Under the pieces are notes generated by a model that was not told the DNA's origin, did no database searches, and saw only the letters and a program-made list of their open reading frames with translations. The translations under genes and the position numbers were made by a program. DNA of 64,000 bases from a virus. Taxonomy: Duplodnaviria > Heunggongvirae > Uroviricota > Caudoviricetes. Each line of letters opens with the position of its first letter. The stretch's first letter is position 1. Of this stretch, positions 12,201 to 20,073 are shown piece after piece. Location of the stretch: positions 480,001 through 544,000 of the IMG/VR virus record IMGVR_UViG_3300020045_008999. One strand, 5' to 3'.

Positions 12201-12805
12201 TGAATATCGAAAAAATCATCCCCGAACGTATTATAATTCACTCGAACACTGTCATTGACCCACACACCTTCGACAAATCCAAAAAAACTTCCGCGGGGAT
12301 CTGACATAGGTACCGAAGTCATAATACCATTTACATCCACTTCTGTAGTAAATGTACCAAAGGGTACCCCGGACAAATCGAATGAATGGTCTATGAATAT
12401 CATATCGTTCGTTTTACGGTATGCATAGCGGTTTACTTGCACATTATACAAATCAACATAAATATTTTGACAATACTCTAATTCTCTCTGGCTCCTAACA
12501 TTCCAAATTTTTATAAATTTAGACAATTCCAACGCTTCATATGCACCCATACCAAAATTCCAATCAATATCCAATGTTATCTTACATCGATCGATTGCAA
12601 GTACTTTATACCCATCAACATATTTGCTATTCCTAGCATATTTATAAATAAATGAATCACTATCAAAATTTCCATTCAATATGAATAATTTATCACCTAC
12701 CACAGCATTTGTACTATGCTCACTATAAAAAATTGTCTTCTCGACACCATTGATCACTACGCGCTCAGTATGGTTCAATAGTCTAGCAGATTTGGATTTA
12801 CCCAT
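6251..12805 (-). CDS. 2184-aa probable virion protein with [WF]xxGx pentapeptide repeats and two C-terminal FN3-like domains
   Basis: Runs such as WLNGIFSNGIFSNSEWLSGTFNNGTF; FN3-like ISWDDP...GYEISYG...LVSGELYYIRIRS and VEWS...GYEVWRS...YYRIKT; late-type TATATA motif upstream. Confidence 0.7.
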   Translation of the reverse strand: MGKSKSARLLNHTERVVINGVEKTIFYSEHSTNAVVGDKLFILNGNFDSDSFIYKYARNSKYVDGYKVLAIDRCKITLDIDWNFGMGAYEALELSKFIKIWNVRSQRELEYCQNIYVDLYNVQVNRYAYRKTNDMIFIDHSFDLSGVPFGTFTTEVDVNGIMTSVPMSDPRGSFFGFVEGVWVNDSVRVNYNTFGDDFFDIQYSSGIDRLSNNGKLFIIGEDIVTVDGIVLKQRSVYSYEGNTGEYLIDIVYKQPIISKLNFRGGVFSGNYNDGIFGTYHEPNKWQSTGNWNGGFFINSDWSSGEMDSIFNIGEETTFAHMENGVVVQVSDPTNNGGFGYNYVIDSNVSGGVIKNGNFINCNISTTASNSGKYSDIDTSGFDLHLYGGNYELCDVTSVSVSESTLSNSNVRESTIVNSRVIDSQIDASFVSNSSLIANVGIVVVGAEIVSDLAPGVAAIPIVSNKFNDIYSTLKMWITEEDYNKIDSLESLFVTKLNKSYFISGLADDEKIKLPIETKIVLDNFYNSDLGNDQMICVVKTKDENKFKSVVSVVGPNFIRSVVVRDVYSYSIDLVMKPNPVSGSTFAFYTDHIGNVITNNNIMNALDINLLFSGSQLSNFSISSGLVDDSEWVSGSLVSPKELTISQIYANLGIVYVVIPALTQLITKPLVVGENVWLDGGYEDGEIINDEFIVVSITGDQVQLGSIDGNVFDNVTIRSEFPSLLSKIKITNSKIKGGIFIRGLLSGNIIEAETVDNPISLVLSDINRLRIIETSFDSTSNYNTVKSGIFSKCYFRSGVKVLGGILSNSTWFGNLTNVFDGGTFIHSKWLNGIFSNGIFSNSEWLSGTFNNGTFRNKSIWNSGTFVSGEFYNSTWLGGVISGGLFGDMSYPAESTTVSGITQVTFTTVVSAVFGGTLVWNNGAFNGGQFIGGTWNGGSFNGGSFSGGVWTGGSFNGGKFTSTDSANNINSINKSDYTWQGGEFNGGEFGNKKGFGLNPTWFDGVFQGGVFQGYFWNNGVFTNGIFNGGGWESSDVSEVVNEYLDISSAQYGIWKNGSVVNNKFEVLVDQTTYDIGKRVRDAVKNINFVEFKNMLWKSGNFTHSNAYFNNSIWFGGSFSKGFFNGGFFNPYTSRTFGGVAEFSDTTWLGGTFNSGKMYHTNWLDGTFNNGEMWGSIWENGVWNYGLANGVLWKGGRWRNGNWDGSPYEGLDVTSGILANDFSKKLIDFVDSGIDDVSVKNKIHITNYCGYETIQDSGDFLAFPNSWVSVNGEQPPTAYTKEPSTSSDEYRLTMSYCDDTKCYDDADVFLDPFYGYEVIFNFGASNDDMFMYLNIGDLTGDVNPSYRTSILPGNVGFDDAGKPVIRLSNISFSQPIKYFPSQNDLNKSLTYRISNEGSVAATALIPSITVSRIKTIYKSGNNELINLADFNGISMPNIVSPIFVENGNTIHFKYGNGLFTHGVWENGVWSNGYRSDDSICLISDVVEFIQVSEFVYTIEVEIKPTTDNYAQLLKFNKSDKISISNIIGIDYNDNRKLLKGHMVIRSIPTVVTSGRNTVVLEVISNSQLRLIRKDSDMHDIKMSSNVWLSGVFLNGVYNGIMNYGIVSGYPYITVLNKTHMIDGIFDGGKIGNESMVQNFIFYDNVVIKRNFHVNKQPITSPIVNSSDRYYRSWAAFRYNNENDRVNIYSDDTIFSNKWQRNIPVMNHSGRSTNDVLSSRARFMNLNNIDFKTYDLGVKKTAYNSFLPQNGLFTYPFQVGATNNSIGEFTTNGWNYKTISGSDLPTLSANYLEGDVSNSNIMFVSVNSGASFVLNNSGPTNLYNEKYQSIDSGRYSVIEFNLRSFSGSVLYDNDTPSLYFDNTPQYYSINKAIENHLTENKPGKIRREYFFNKKSLDLYMLSNATNSSFEFKSINFNELDMIPFFDYFGEDDSNMRIDDSAKAPKYIPAPEIKYSDDYDFIDNITSTIGITSLNIPAYTTNSDEILGPLVWSPIVDFDSLSVSISWDDPSYIQNIRGYEISYGTAFPYSDPIEHLINITGNYTQVYNGLVSGELYYIRIRSIGKIDGRYSNTYTKSFTISPPIVIPDPSSVTAPSDVYAYSDDTGIQVEWSVGSSDNTVAGYEVWRSTTAYGQYLKIADVGLVVAYYDVVGFNKTRYYRIKTMDSLGNVSDLSTAFGYTTTPPFGIQS

Positions 12806-12898
12806 TTTAAAAAATATGTTTACCTATATATAAAAAAGTATAAAGTTTCTATAGAATTTAATATATTTTCAGTACTTTTGTAAAATATATTAAATTAC

Positions 12899-13411
12899 AT
12901 GGTACAAACACTATTATTCACACACTCTATCAATTATGAGGTAGAACTAAAAACTATGCTTAGGCTAATAAAGATTGAGTATTTGATCGCGAAGAATATT
13001 GACATCATCCCTAAGCGAATAATAAATTGTAAAATATATAACGCATTAATACAATTGCCATGTGACGTAATAGTGTCTGGTTCATATGCATTATATATAT
13101 TTGGGTTAATTGATAGAGCTCCAACAGATCTCGATATTGTGGTCAGTTCTGATTCATTATTATCAATGAAAGGCAATTATCTATTTACCACACATTCCAA
13201 ATATAACCAAGGAATTAATGAATCTTGCTTAGTAGGTGGTAAATATTTAGTGGATGTTTTTGTTGAAGACACCCCAAAGTACACTACTTACATGGGAATT
13301 AATATACAAGATCCAATGGATATATTAGATCATAAGTCCCGTCTAGCCCGTATAAAAGATTACGATGATTTTGAACATATAAAAAATAAATTGAATGGAA
13401 ATATTAAATAG
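12899..13411 (+). CDS. nucleotidyltransferase-superfamily protein
   Basis: Pol-beta-type GS...DxD signature: VSGSYAL...PTDLDIVV, later VDVF. Confidence 0.65.
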   Translation: MVQTLLFTHSINYEVELKTMLRLIKIEYLIAKNIDIIPKRIINCKIYNALIQLPCDVIVSGSYALYIFGLIDRAPTDLDIVVSSDSLLSMKGNYLFTTHSKYNQGINESCLVGGKYLVDVFVEDTPKYTTYMGINIQDPMDILDHKSRLARIKDYDDFEHIKNKLNGNIK

Positions 13412-13823
13412 AAAAGCTAAATTCGAATATGAATTTTTAGAGAAATTCCAATGTGGAATTGTTTTATTCGGATCAGAGGTCAAGTCAATAAATGTCGGCA
13501 AAGCTAGTATTGCGGAAGCTTATGTCTATGTAAAGGACGGTGAAGTGTTTATCAGAAATATGCACATCGCCAAATATGAATTATCCACATATAACAACCA
13601 CGAAGAAAAGAGAGAACGCAAACTATTATTGAACAAAAGTGAAATTTTGAAAATTACTAAAGAGGTTAAAAATGTTGGAATTACGATCATTCCACTCAAA
13701 ATTTCGAAAGTAGGTAAAAATTACAAACTTAGTATTGCACTGGCTAAAGGTAAAAAAATATACGACAAAAAACAGGCAATCAAAGAACGTGACATTAAAC
13801 GCGATACTGAACGCAATGAATAG
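13395..13823 (+). CDS. smpB: SsrA (tmRNA)-binding protein SmpB
   Basis: NRKAKFEY, GIVLFGSEVKSI, RERKLLLNKSEI, ALAKGKKIYDKK...IKERD. Confidence 0.95.
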   Translation: MEILNRKAKFEYEFLEKFQCGIVLFGSEVKSINVGKASIAEAYVYVKDGEVFIRNMHIAKYELSTYNNHEEKRERKLLLNKSEILKITKEVKNVGITIIPLKISKVGKNYKLSIALAKGKKIYDKKQAIKERDIKRDTERNE

Positions 13824-14262
13824 AAATGAATACAAGGTATATTATATCAATCAAGATGATATTGATTACTATAACGCCGTTATAAATCAAACAAACTATT
13901 CACTGATTACAAAATCACTAGAAGGTGAATACGTATCATACGCTTTACCGCCGATCAGTGCTGGCCAAAATTACATAACTCAGGTAGAACGTATGAATAT
14001 AATATTACGCACTCACACTAGTGATAATAATAAATATCTATACGCAGAAGCCTTCAATCCATTAGTTGGTGGTAAATACGTTGCCATATATTTAAAATTT
14101 ATTAATTTTAAACATACCAATTTTATGATTATGGAAGCACTTAAACTCGCAAAGATGGTAAAAATCTATCCATTTTCATATACATTAGAAGGCATAACAC
14201 CAGTAATGTCTCAGGAATCCATAAGAAACCGAGGAATACAAAATTTATTACAAGATGAATGA
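13816..14262 (+). CDS. hypothetical protein with C-terminal RxxxIxxLL motif
   Basis: ATG at 13816 overlaps the smpB end; ends RNRGIQNLLQDE. Confidence 0.55.
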   Translation: MNRNEYKVYYINQDDIDYYNAVINQTNYSLITKSLEGEYVSYALPPISAGQNYITQVERMNIILRTHTSDNNKYLYAEAFNPLVGGKYVAIYLKFINFKHTNFMIMEALKLAKMVKIYPFSYTLEGITPVMSQESIRNRGIQNLLQDE

Positions 14263-14527
14263 AAATATAAGTTACAATATATCAAAATCAACAGTGAATA
14301 ATTGTATAATAACCAATGACCAAAATATATACATCTTTACAGGTGAATTATTATGCGCAAAGTCATATTTACGTGAGGTATTCGAAAGTTACATCGATAC
14401 TGCCAACGATTATGGTGATGACACCGATGAGTACATAACGACGTTGCGTGTTATGGAAACCGTTGACTTTTCAAATATAGAAAATGTTCAACAATTTCTA
14501 ATTTCAATAAATCTACAACTTATATAA
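14255..14527 (+). CDS. hypothetical protein
   Basis: Overlaps the upstream gene end; followed by a terminator. Confidence 0.5.
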   Translation: MNENISYNISKSTVNNCIITNDQNIYIFTGELLCAKSYLREVFESYIDTANDYGDDTDEYITTLRVMETVDFSNIENVQQFLISINLQLI

Positions 14528-14559
14528 AAAAAGAGTAAATGTATATTTACTCTCTTTTT
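14526..14559. terminator. bidirectional intrinsic terminator
   Basis: AGAGTAAAT/ATTTACTCT stem with A and T tracts, between convergent genes. Confidence 0.65.
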
Positions 14560-15023
14560 ATAATTTTAATATTATCTATCGAAAATACCCCAATCGACAA
14601 TATTTCAGATTCCAATTCTTCTTGTATAAATATGGAATCAAATCCATTTCCTAGAGCAGCATAAAATGCATCAACACAAGTCCAATAAGGCAATCCTTTG
14701 AAAATTTGATCATCCAATATATTTTGAATTTCATCTTGATCGCTATAATAATATTGCAAAGACTGCATGAATAATTCATAATGATTTGGATTTTCTAAGT
14801 CAAATGTATTTTTCAAATCAAGTTCAACACTATATAAATATTTACCATATTTCTTAGCATAATCAATGTTTTGAGTGAAGAACCAGGTAGGTATATCATT
14901 TTCAACATATCCCTTATTATTACACAAGCTAAATTCATCAAAAATATTATCGGAACCATGATAATATACATTAGATTTCAAAAATACATTAGCATACTCA
15001 TTAAACGTAGTTAAAATAAACAT
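14547..15023 (-). CDS. ADP-ribosyltransferase-fold protein (ART-PolyVal-like)
   Basis: YYHGS..IFDEF, WFFTQNIDYAKKYG, LYSVEL, GFDSIFIQE, VFSIDNIKI; N-terminal MFILTTFNEY. Confidence 0.6.
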   Translation of the reverse strand: MFILTTFNEYANVFLKSNVYYHGSDNIFDEFSLCNNKGYVENDIPTWFFTQNIDYAKKYGKYLYSVELDLKNTFDLENPNHYELFMQSLQYYYSDQDEIQNILDDQIFKGLPYWTCVDAFYAALGNGFDSIFIQEELESEILSIGVFSIDNIKIIKRE

Positions 15024-15067
15024 TTATTGACTTTTATTTATCTATATATTAATTACACAATATATAA

Positions 15068-15886
15068 TTAATAAACAAAATAAATATTTTCATTATTACA
15101 TTGCGGACATTTTATAATTGCGGAGTAATCTTCGGTTTCCGACAAATGAATCAATTCCGATTTCATAAACCCATCACATCGACATGATAAATTATTACAC
15201 TCAGCTTCAACAGGGTAACCACTTCGGGTGGTCTTTACAATTTCCACATTCGGATTTATTATTGCAACACTATCCCACTTTGAATAATCATGTGACCACC
15301 CTATTATTTTATGCCTAGGTTGCGCTAATTTAGTTAGTTTCTCAAACCATTCCAAACTACTAAATGTTGTAGAGAATGTTATATAATCCGCATGATTGAA
15401 ATATTCCAATATTACATCTTCCGATTTCAAATCAAAAAAATTGATAGTTACAATCTTTTTATTAGGAAATCGTCGTTTCAATGATTGGACCCATTTATAT
15501 TCCGCTTTTGAATCGTTCTCACAAATAACAACTTCGCCATATTCATCTATTGGGAAATGTGAATCGTATTTCTCAGCAATTATTTCATTATGCACAAGTA
15601 ACATGTAGGATCCGGATGGTCTTATTAGTATAGACTTATTATATTTTTCTACTATTTTCTCATAGTCAAGTTCTTGTGTACCCAACATAATCATTCGATG
15701 GCGTAGATCTTGTTTATCTGGTTGGTCCACTTTGTGTAATTGACTTATTTCACTTCTGATCATAATTTCCACCATATCAGAGGAAAGATTTTCAGGTTCT
15801 TTTACATTTGGTTCTAATACCAAAAACCAATTAGAATGTCCAACAACTTTCACATACTTATTCATTATTGATAATTTTCCCATCAT
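15068..15886 (-). CDS. hypothetical protein with C-terminal Zn ribbon
   Basis: CNNLSCRC...CPQC; host-type TATATTTG motif at 15980-15987. Confidence 0.55.
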   Translation of the reverse strand: MMGKLSIMNKYVKVVGHSNWFLVLEPNVKEPENLSSDMVEIMIRSEISQLHKVDQPDKQDLRHRMIMLGTQELDYEKIVEKYNKSILIRPSGSYMLLVHNEIIAEKYDSHFPIDEYGEVVICENDSKAEYKWVQSLKRRFPNKKIVTINFFDLKSEDVILEYFNHADYITFSTTFSSLEWFEKLTKLAQPRHKIIGWSHDYSKWDSVAIINPNVEIVKTTRSGYPVEAECNNLSCRCDGFMKSELIHLSETEDYSAIIKCPQCNNENIYFVY

Positions 15887-16020
15887 AATTTGTTTAAAAA
15901 TTTAACTTATTTTCTCAATTTAATCACGACATCCGTTATCTGATTATGTAAATAAATATGGATTCGCGATTAATTTAAACAAATATATGTATAAAAATCC
16001 AGAAAACCTAACAATTTATA

Positions 16021-17721
16021 TCATAATGAAATCTCAGACATTATAGTGAACGTGTTTTTCCTAAGTTCAATAATTCTATCGAAAAAATTACGTTCCAAAA
16101 CTGCGTGGTGTACTACAAAAACATTTATGTTATATGAATTTGCAAAGTCCCGCAATAGTGATAAAATGACTTCAATCCAATCAGAATCAACCGATGAAAA
16201 CATTTCATCGAGAAATAAAACGTTTAATGAATTACTCCCTCTTATCAACTTCAAATAAGCGACTAATATTGCAATGTTCACCAGACGACTTTCACCGGTA
16301 CTCAATGAATCATGATCCACCTTCTCAAACCCTTGGAAAATGTCAACATTGAAATCATTATCGATGACAATATTAAAAGGTAAATCCATTTTATTTTTGT
16401 TTTCCAAGATGTATTGATTCAATGGTCCTACTATACTCGCAATTATTGTTCGTCTAATACCTTGGTCACCAAGTATTTTTGTCAGCTCAGCATAATACAC
16501 ATCCCTTTTCGTATTTTGGGTTAAATTTATTTCACATTTATCTTTTCGTGCATTTAAATCATCTATTGATTTCTCAAACTCACTCACGTCAAATGTAGGC
16601 TCTGTATCAATATTTTGTTTTTTTAACAAGTCAGTTATTTTACTTTTATAACTACCCATCAAATAACGCAAATCATTAAACGACTTTGTGGTATTAGCCG
16701 ATATATTATTTAATTTATTCCTCTGTGTACCAAGCGCGGTGAGGTTCGCTTCGATTTCAGTTCTTATCTCAACTAATTTTACCATTTTTAAATCCAATAT
16801 CTGAATAAGTTCTTCATAATGATTGTTCGTAAAATCAGTTGAACATGTTGGACATTTTCCAGAGTTATATAAATCAATTTCAGTTTTGAGTTTACTAATA
16901 TCATGCCTAATTGTCGAATACGATTCTTTCTCGGTTTCAATTTCCAAATACAAACTATTAATTTTGACATTCACGAAATTCACCTTAGTTTGAAGTACAT
17001 CATATTCACTACGCATAGAATTAAATTTGCCTTTCAAATCTAAAATTTCATCAGAAATATTTTGTTGATCATTTACAGTCGCATTATTAATCGATCGCGT
17101 TATAGATGTTTGTATGGTTATTATCGAATCAATAAGAGTATTAATTTCAGAATCTAACTTCAACATATCGGTTTTATTGAACCGGTTCAAATCTTTCAAT
17201 ATAGTATTCATCATAGTAATTGTTTCCAAATTAAAAAGCTTGTCCAATAATAGTTTCTTTTCATCCGGTGTCAGTGCCATGAAGTTTTTGAAATCATTAA
17301 CTGATAGAGATATGAATGAATTGAACGTTTCTAAATTAATACCAACGTAACTTTCTATAAGAGCTTCTAAATTTGTTTTACTAAGTTTAGTATTCTTCAC
17401 ACCATCTTCATAAAGTTCAAGTATATCAGGATTAATGCCGCGAACCACTTCTATTTTCGTACCCTTTGATTCAAATTTAATGCGATTTAATAATTCTCTA
17501 TTGATGCGATTTGGTAAGGATGACAATGGTGCCCATTTGCGAGATCTACCCCGACATTTACCATATAATGTATATTCGAATGAATTTATTAGTGCGGATT
17601 TACCATTACCTATTTTCCCTACTAACAAACACAACTCACCACTCTCGGTATTCAATTGTAATGTTTGTGGATTATTACCATATGATTTGAATCCCTTTAT
17701 AATTAATTCACTTATTGTCAT
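16021..17721 (-). CDS. gp46/SbcC/Rad50-like recombination nuclease ATPase subunit
   Basis: Walker A GKIGNGKS, Zn hook CPTC within coiled coil, signature LSTGE, Walker B LFLDE, H-loop VVHH. Confidence 0.92.
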   Translation of the reverse strand: MTISELIIKGFKSYGNNPQTLQLNTESGELCLLVGKIGNGKSALINSFEYTLYGKCRGRSRKWAPLSSLPNRINRELLNRIKFESKGTKIEVVRGINPDILELYEDGVKNTKLSKTNLEALIESYVGINLETFNSFISLSVNDFKNFMALTPDEKKLLLDKLFNLETITMMNTILKDLNRFNKTDMLKLDSEINTLIDSIITIQTSITRSINNATVNDQQNISDEILDLKGKFNSMRSEYDVLQTKVNFVNVKINSLYLEIETEKESYSTIRHDISKLKTEIDLYNSGKCPTCSTDFTNNHYEELIQILDLKMVKLVEIRTEIEANLTALGTQRNKLNNISANTTKSFNDLRYLMGSYKSKITDLLKKQNIDTEPTFDVSEFEKSIDDLNARKDKCEINLTQNTKRDVYYAELTKILGDQGIRRTIIASIVGPLNQYILENKNKMDLPFNIVIDNDFNVDIFQGFEKVDHDSLSTGESRLVNIAILVAYLKLIRGSNSLNVLFLDEMFSSVDSDWIEVILSLLRDFANSYNINVFVVHHAVLERNFFDRIIELRKNTFTIMSEISL

Positions 17722-17740
17722 TTTGATACACTATTTAGAA

Positions 17741-17767
17741 TTATACCGAATGTGATCAAATTAGTTT
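17741..17767 (-). promoter_or_regulatory. putative ECF-type promoter AAACTA-N15-GTATAA
   Basis: Matches the recurrent motif; about 20 nt upstream of the gp46-like ATG. Confidence 0.6.
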
Positions 17768-18209
17768 ATAGTTCGTTTAAATATAACAACCTTTCTTCTA
17801 TTATCATCAGCGTAGATTCAAATCCATCAATGATTGTTAGACTGATAATTGCATCATACCTATCATGAATAACACTAAACATATAAACGTAATCCCCCAA
17901 ATAATGTACATTGTAATATAAATTAGATTGTCCTGGTCCATAAATCGTAATACATCCATATTCCATCCCAACTGTTATGACTTCGAATTGTTTAAATTTA
18001 TTTAGAATTAAATCCGCTTCACTTTGATCAAATATTTCATATTCTAATATTAAGGCATCGTAAACTGAGTTAATATCATCATCAACTTCACCAAAATTAT
18101 ATTTATCATAACGTTCATTTATCTCAAGTAATGCACTTTCAACATAATTAGTACCGAATTGTATATTTGTAATTTTATTAAAATCTTTAAAAAATTTCAC
18201 GTACCTCAA
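17766..18209 (-). CDS. array-A paralog (1 GDYxY domain)
   Basis: MRYVKFFKDF...INERYDKYNFG...YLGDYVY...IIDGFES. Confidence 0.75.
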   Translation of the reverse strand: MRYVKFFKDFNKITNIQFGTNYVESALLEINERYDKYNFGEVDDDINSVYDALILEYEIFDQSEADLILNKFKQFEVITVGMEYGCITIYGPGQSNLYYNVHYLGDYVYMFSVIHDRYDAIISLTIIDGFESTLMIIEERLLYLNEL

Positions 18210-18215
18210 TTTAAT

Positions 18216-18578
18216 TTATAATATTTTTATAGCATTAAGCAATGAATCAAATCCATCAATTATATCAATAGATACGACATGACTCGCCCTATGTTCACAA
18301 ATACAATAACAATAATCACCCAGGTGGAAAATCTCGTAAGTAACTCGATCATCTGTATTCACAATTCTAATAAATGCTATCAATGATGGTGTATTAAATA
18401 TGTCAATTGTAAATCTATCATCATCAATACTAATAATTTCATTTTGTTCGTCATCAGAGAATGAAGTACCGTAGTTATAAAATATCTCTATATAGTCAGA
18501 ATGTAGTGACATATCATTTGTAATTTTTTTACCGAATTCATATCTATCAAATCCTTCAAAAATTCTATAATATCTCAT
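18216..18578 (-). CDS. array-A paralog (1 domain)
   Basis: MRYYRIFEGFDRYEFG...HLGDYCY...IIDGFDS. Confidence 0.75.
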   Translation of the reverse strand: MRYYRIFEGFDRYEFGKKITNDMSLHSDYIEIFYNYGTSFSDDEQNEIISIDDDRFTIDIFNTPSLIAFIRIVNTDDRVTYEIFHLGDYCYCICEHRASHVVSIDIIDGFDSLLNAIKIL

Positions 18579-19336
18579 TAGTTAATTTTTATTTTCAAAT
18601 TCTCTATTACATCATCAATGTTATCAATTAACTCCGCGCACACTACCAAATCATATCGATCCATTGTTAATATTGAATAACAATAATCGTCTAAATAAAA
18701 TACATTATAATATTTAGCAGCACCACTATTATAATGTAATGATATAAAAGAATGGTTGGCGACATGTTCAACCAATCTAACATCAGTATCTATCTCATTT
18801 TCAATCAGACTAAACTCATTCACATCAAACATAATTCGATTACCCATTATCTGATTACAAATCGTATCTATATCGCTTCCATTTTCATATTTACCAAAAT
18901 CATATTTATCAAGTCCTTCACTCACTCTCAACCGGTTGGCAGCCGATTCATATCTATGAATAATTTCATCAATTGCATCATATACATTATCAAAAACTTC
19001 AACATCTACACCTCTACCGGCATATAAATTATATTCCGCAACACCAAATGAATAATCACCAAAATAATATAATTCAATCCCATTACCATGTTCTTCGATC
19101 GCAAGGGAACCTTTACTAATCACAATATAATCATAACTATCATTGGTTTCGGATGAGTCGTAATATGTCACATTTATACTCCTAACAGTTAATTCATTTA
19201 TAACAATTTCAACATCGGCAGCTTCAAATACTATCGCAATACTTCTCATATCTCGATAATTATTACCATTATCATCATTAGAATATTTTTTAACATCATA
19301 TTGATCGAAATCTTCAAATATTTTTATATATTTCAT
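18578..19336 (-). CDS. array-A paralog (2 domains)
   Basis: MKYIKIFEDFDQYD...YFGDYSF; second unit starts VSEGLDKYDFG...YLDDYCY. Confidence 0.75.
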   Translation of the reverse strand: MKYIKIFEDFDQYDVKKYSNDDNGNNYRDMRSIAIVFEAADVEIVINELTVRSINVTYYDSSETNDSYDYIVISKGSLAIEEHGNGIELYYFGDYSFGVAEYNLYAGRGVDVEVFDNVYDAIDEIIHRYESAANRLRVSEGLDKYDFGKYENGSDIDTICNQIMGNRIMFDVNEFSLIENEIDTDVRLVEHVANHSFISLHYNSGAAKYYNVFYLDDYCYSILTMDRYDLVVCAELIDNIDDVIENLKIKIN

Positions 19337-20073
19337 GTGTTAAGTTTATTTTTAAGACTGGATATTAATGCATCTAGACCATCAAAGTTTTCCAGTTCAA
19401 TAACAGTGCGTGCACTACCAACCATGGTAGTTAGGTTATAGCAGTAATCACCCAAATAGCATATCATAAACCCATTACTGATAGATATATGATCCACTTC
19501 ACCACTATTATTAGGAACCCGATAAATATGACACAAGCCAGTTAACTCAGATTTTATTAAGTCGATATCCTCTTGTTCAAAGTTATTTCGTTGTCCCATC
19601 ATCAAATCCCATTCGGTTTCTAAATCAGCACCTGATATTTTAGTAAAGTCATATTTGTCAAAACTTTCATTTATATCTTCATCTGGATCCTCACCATCTT
19701 CATGTTCTATTATTTCAATAATATGCGATATGATACTATCTAAGCCATCAAATGGAATTATAGCCATAACATCATCTGAACTATCATCCATAACAGCTAA
19801 ACAATAACAATAGTCACCCAAAGAATATACGTAATAATACTCCCCCTCATCAACCAACACATCAATGAACATCGATCCAACATTTTTATAGTAATTCTCC
19901 ACCACATCTACATCATCATAGTTTATCGCAGCCTTTATATAAGTTATTTCATCATCAGATAAGTCAATTGCCAATTTAAGCATTTCCAGATATTGCTCTT
20001 CTAAGTCAGTATAGATTGGAACGCCAAAATTATATTGGTCAAAGTTTTCGAATAATTTTATATATTTTCCCAT
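19333..20073 (-). CDS. array-A paralog (2 domains)
   Basis: MGKYIKLFENFDQYNFG...SLGDYCY...FDGLDS; second unit INESFDKYDF...YLGDYCY...FDGLDA. Confidence 0.75.
   Translation of the reverse strand: MGKYIKLFENFDQYNFGVPIYTDLEEQYLEMLKLAIDLSDDEITYIKAAINYDDVDVVENYYKNVGSMFIDVLVDEGEYYYVYSLGDYCYCLAVMDDSSDDVMAIIPFDGLDSIISHIIEIIEHEDGEDPDEDINESFDKYDFTKISGADLETEWDLMMGQRNNFEQEDIDLIKSELTGLCHIYRVPNNSGEVDHISISNGFMICYLGDYCYNLTTMVGSARTVIELENFDGLDALISSLKNKLNT

Noticed and set aside
12806-14560. tmRNA gene near smpB
   Set aside because: No intergenic space and no tRNA-Ala-like ends recognised; it may lie elsewhere in the genome.
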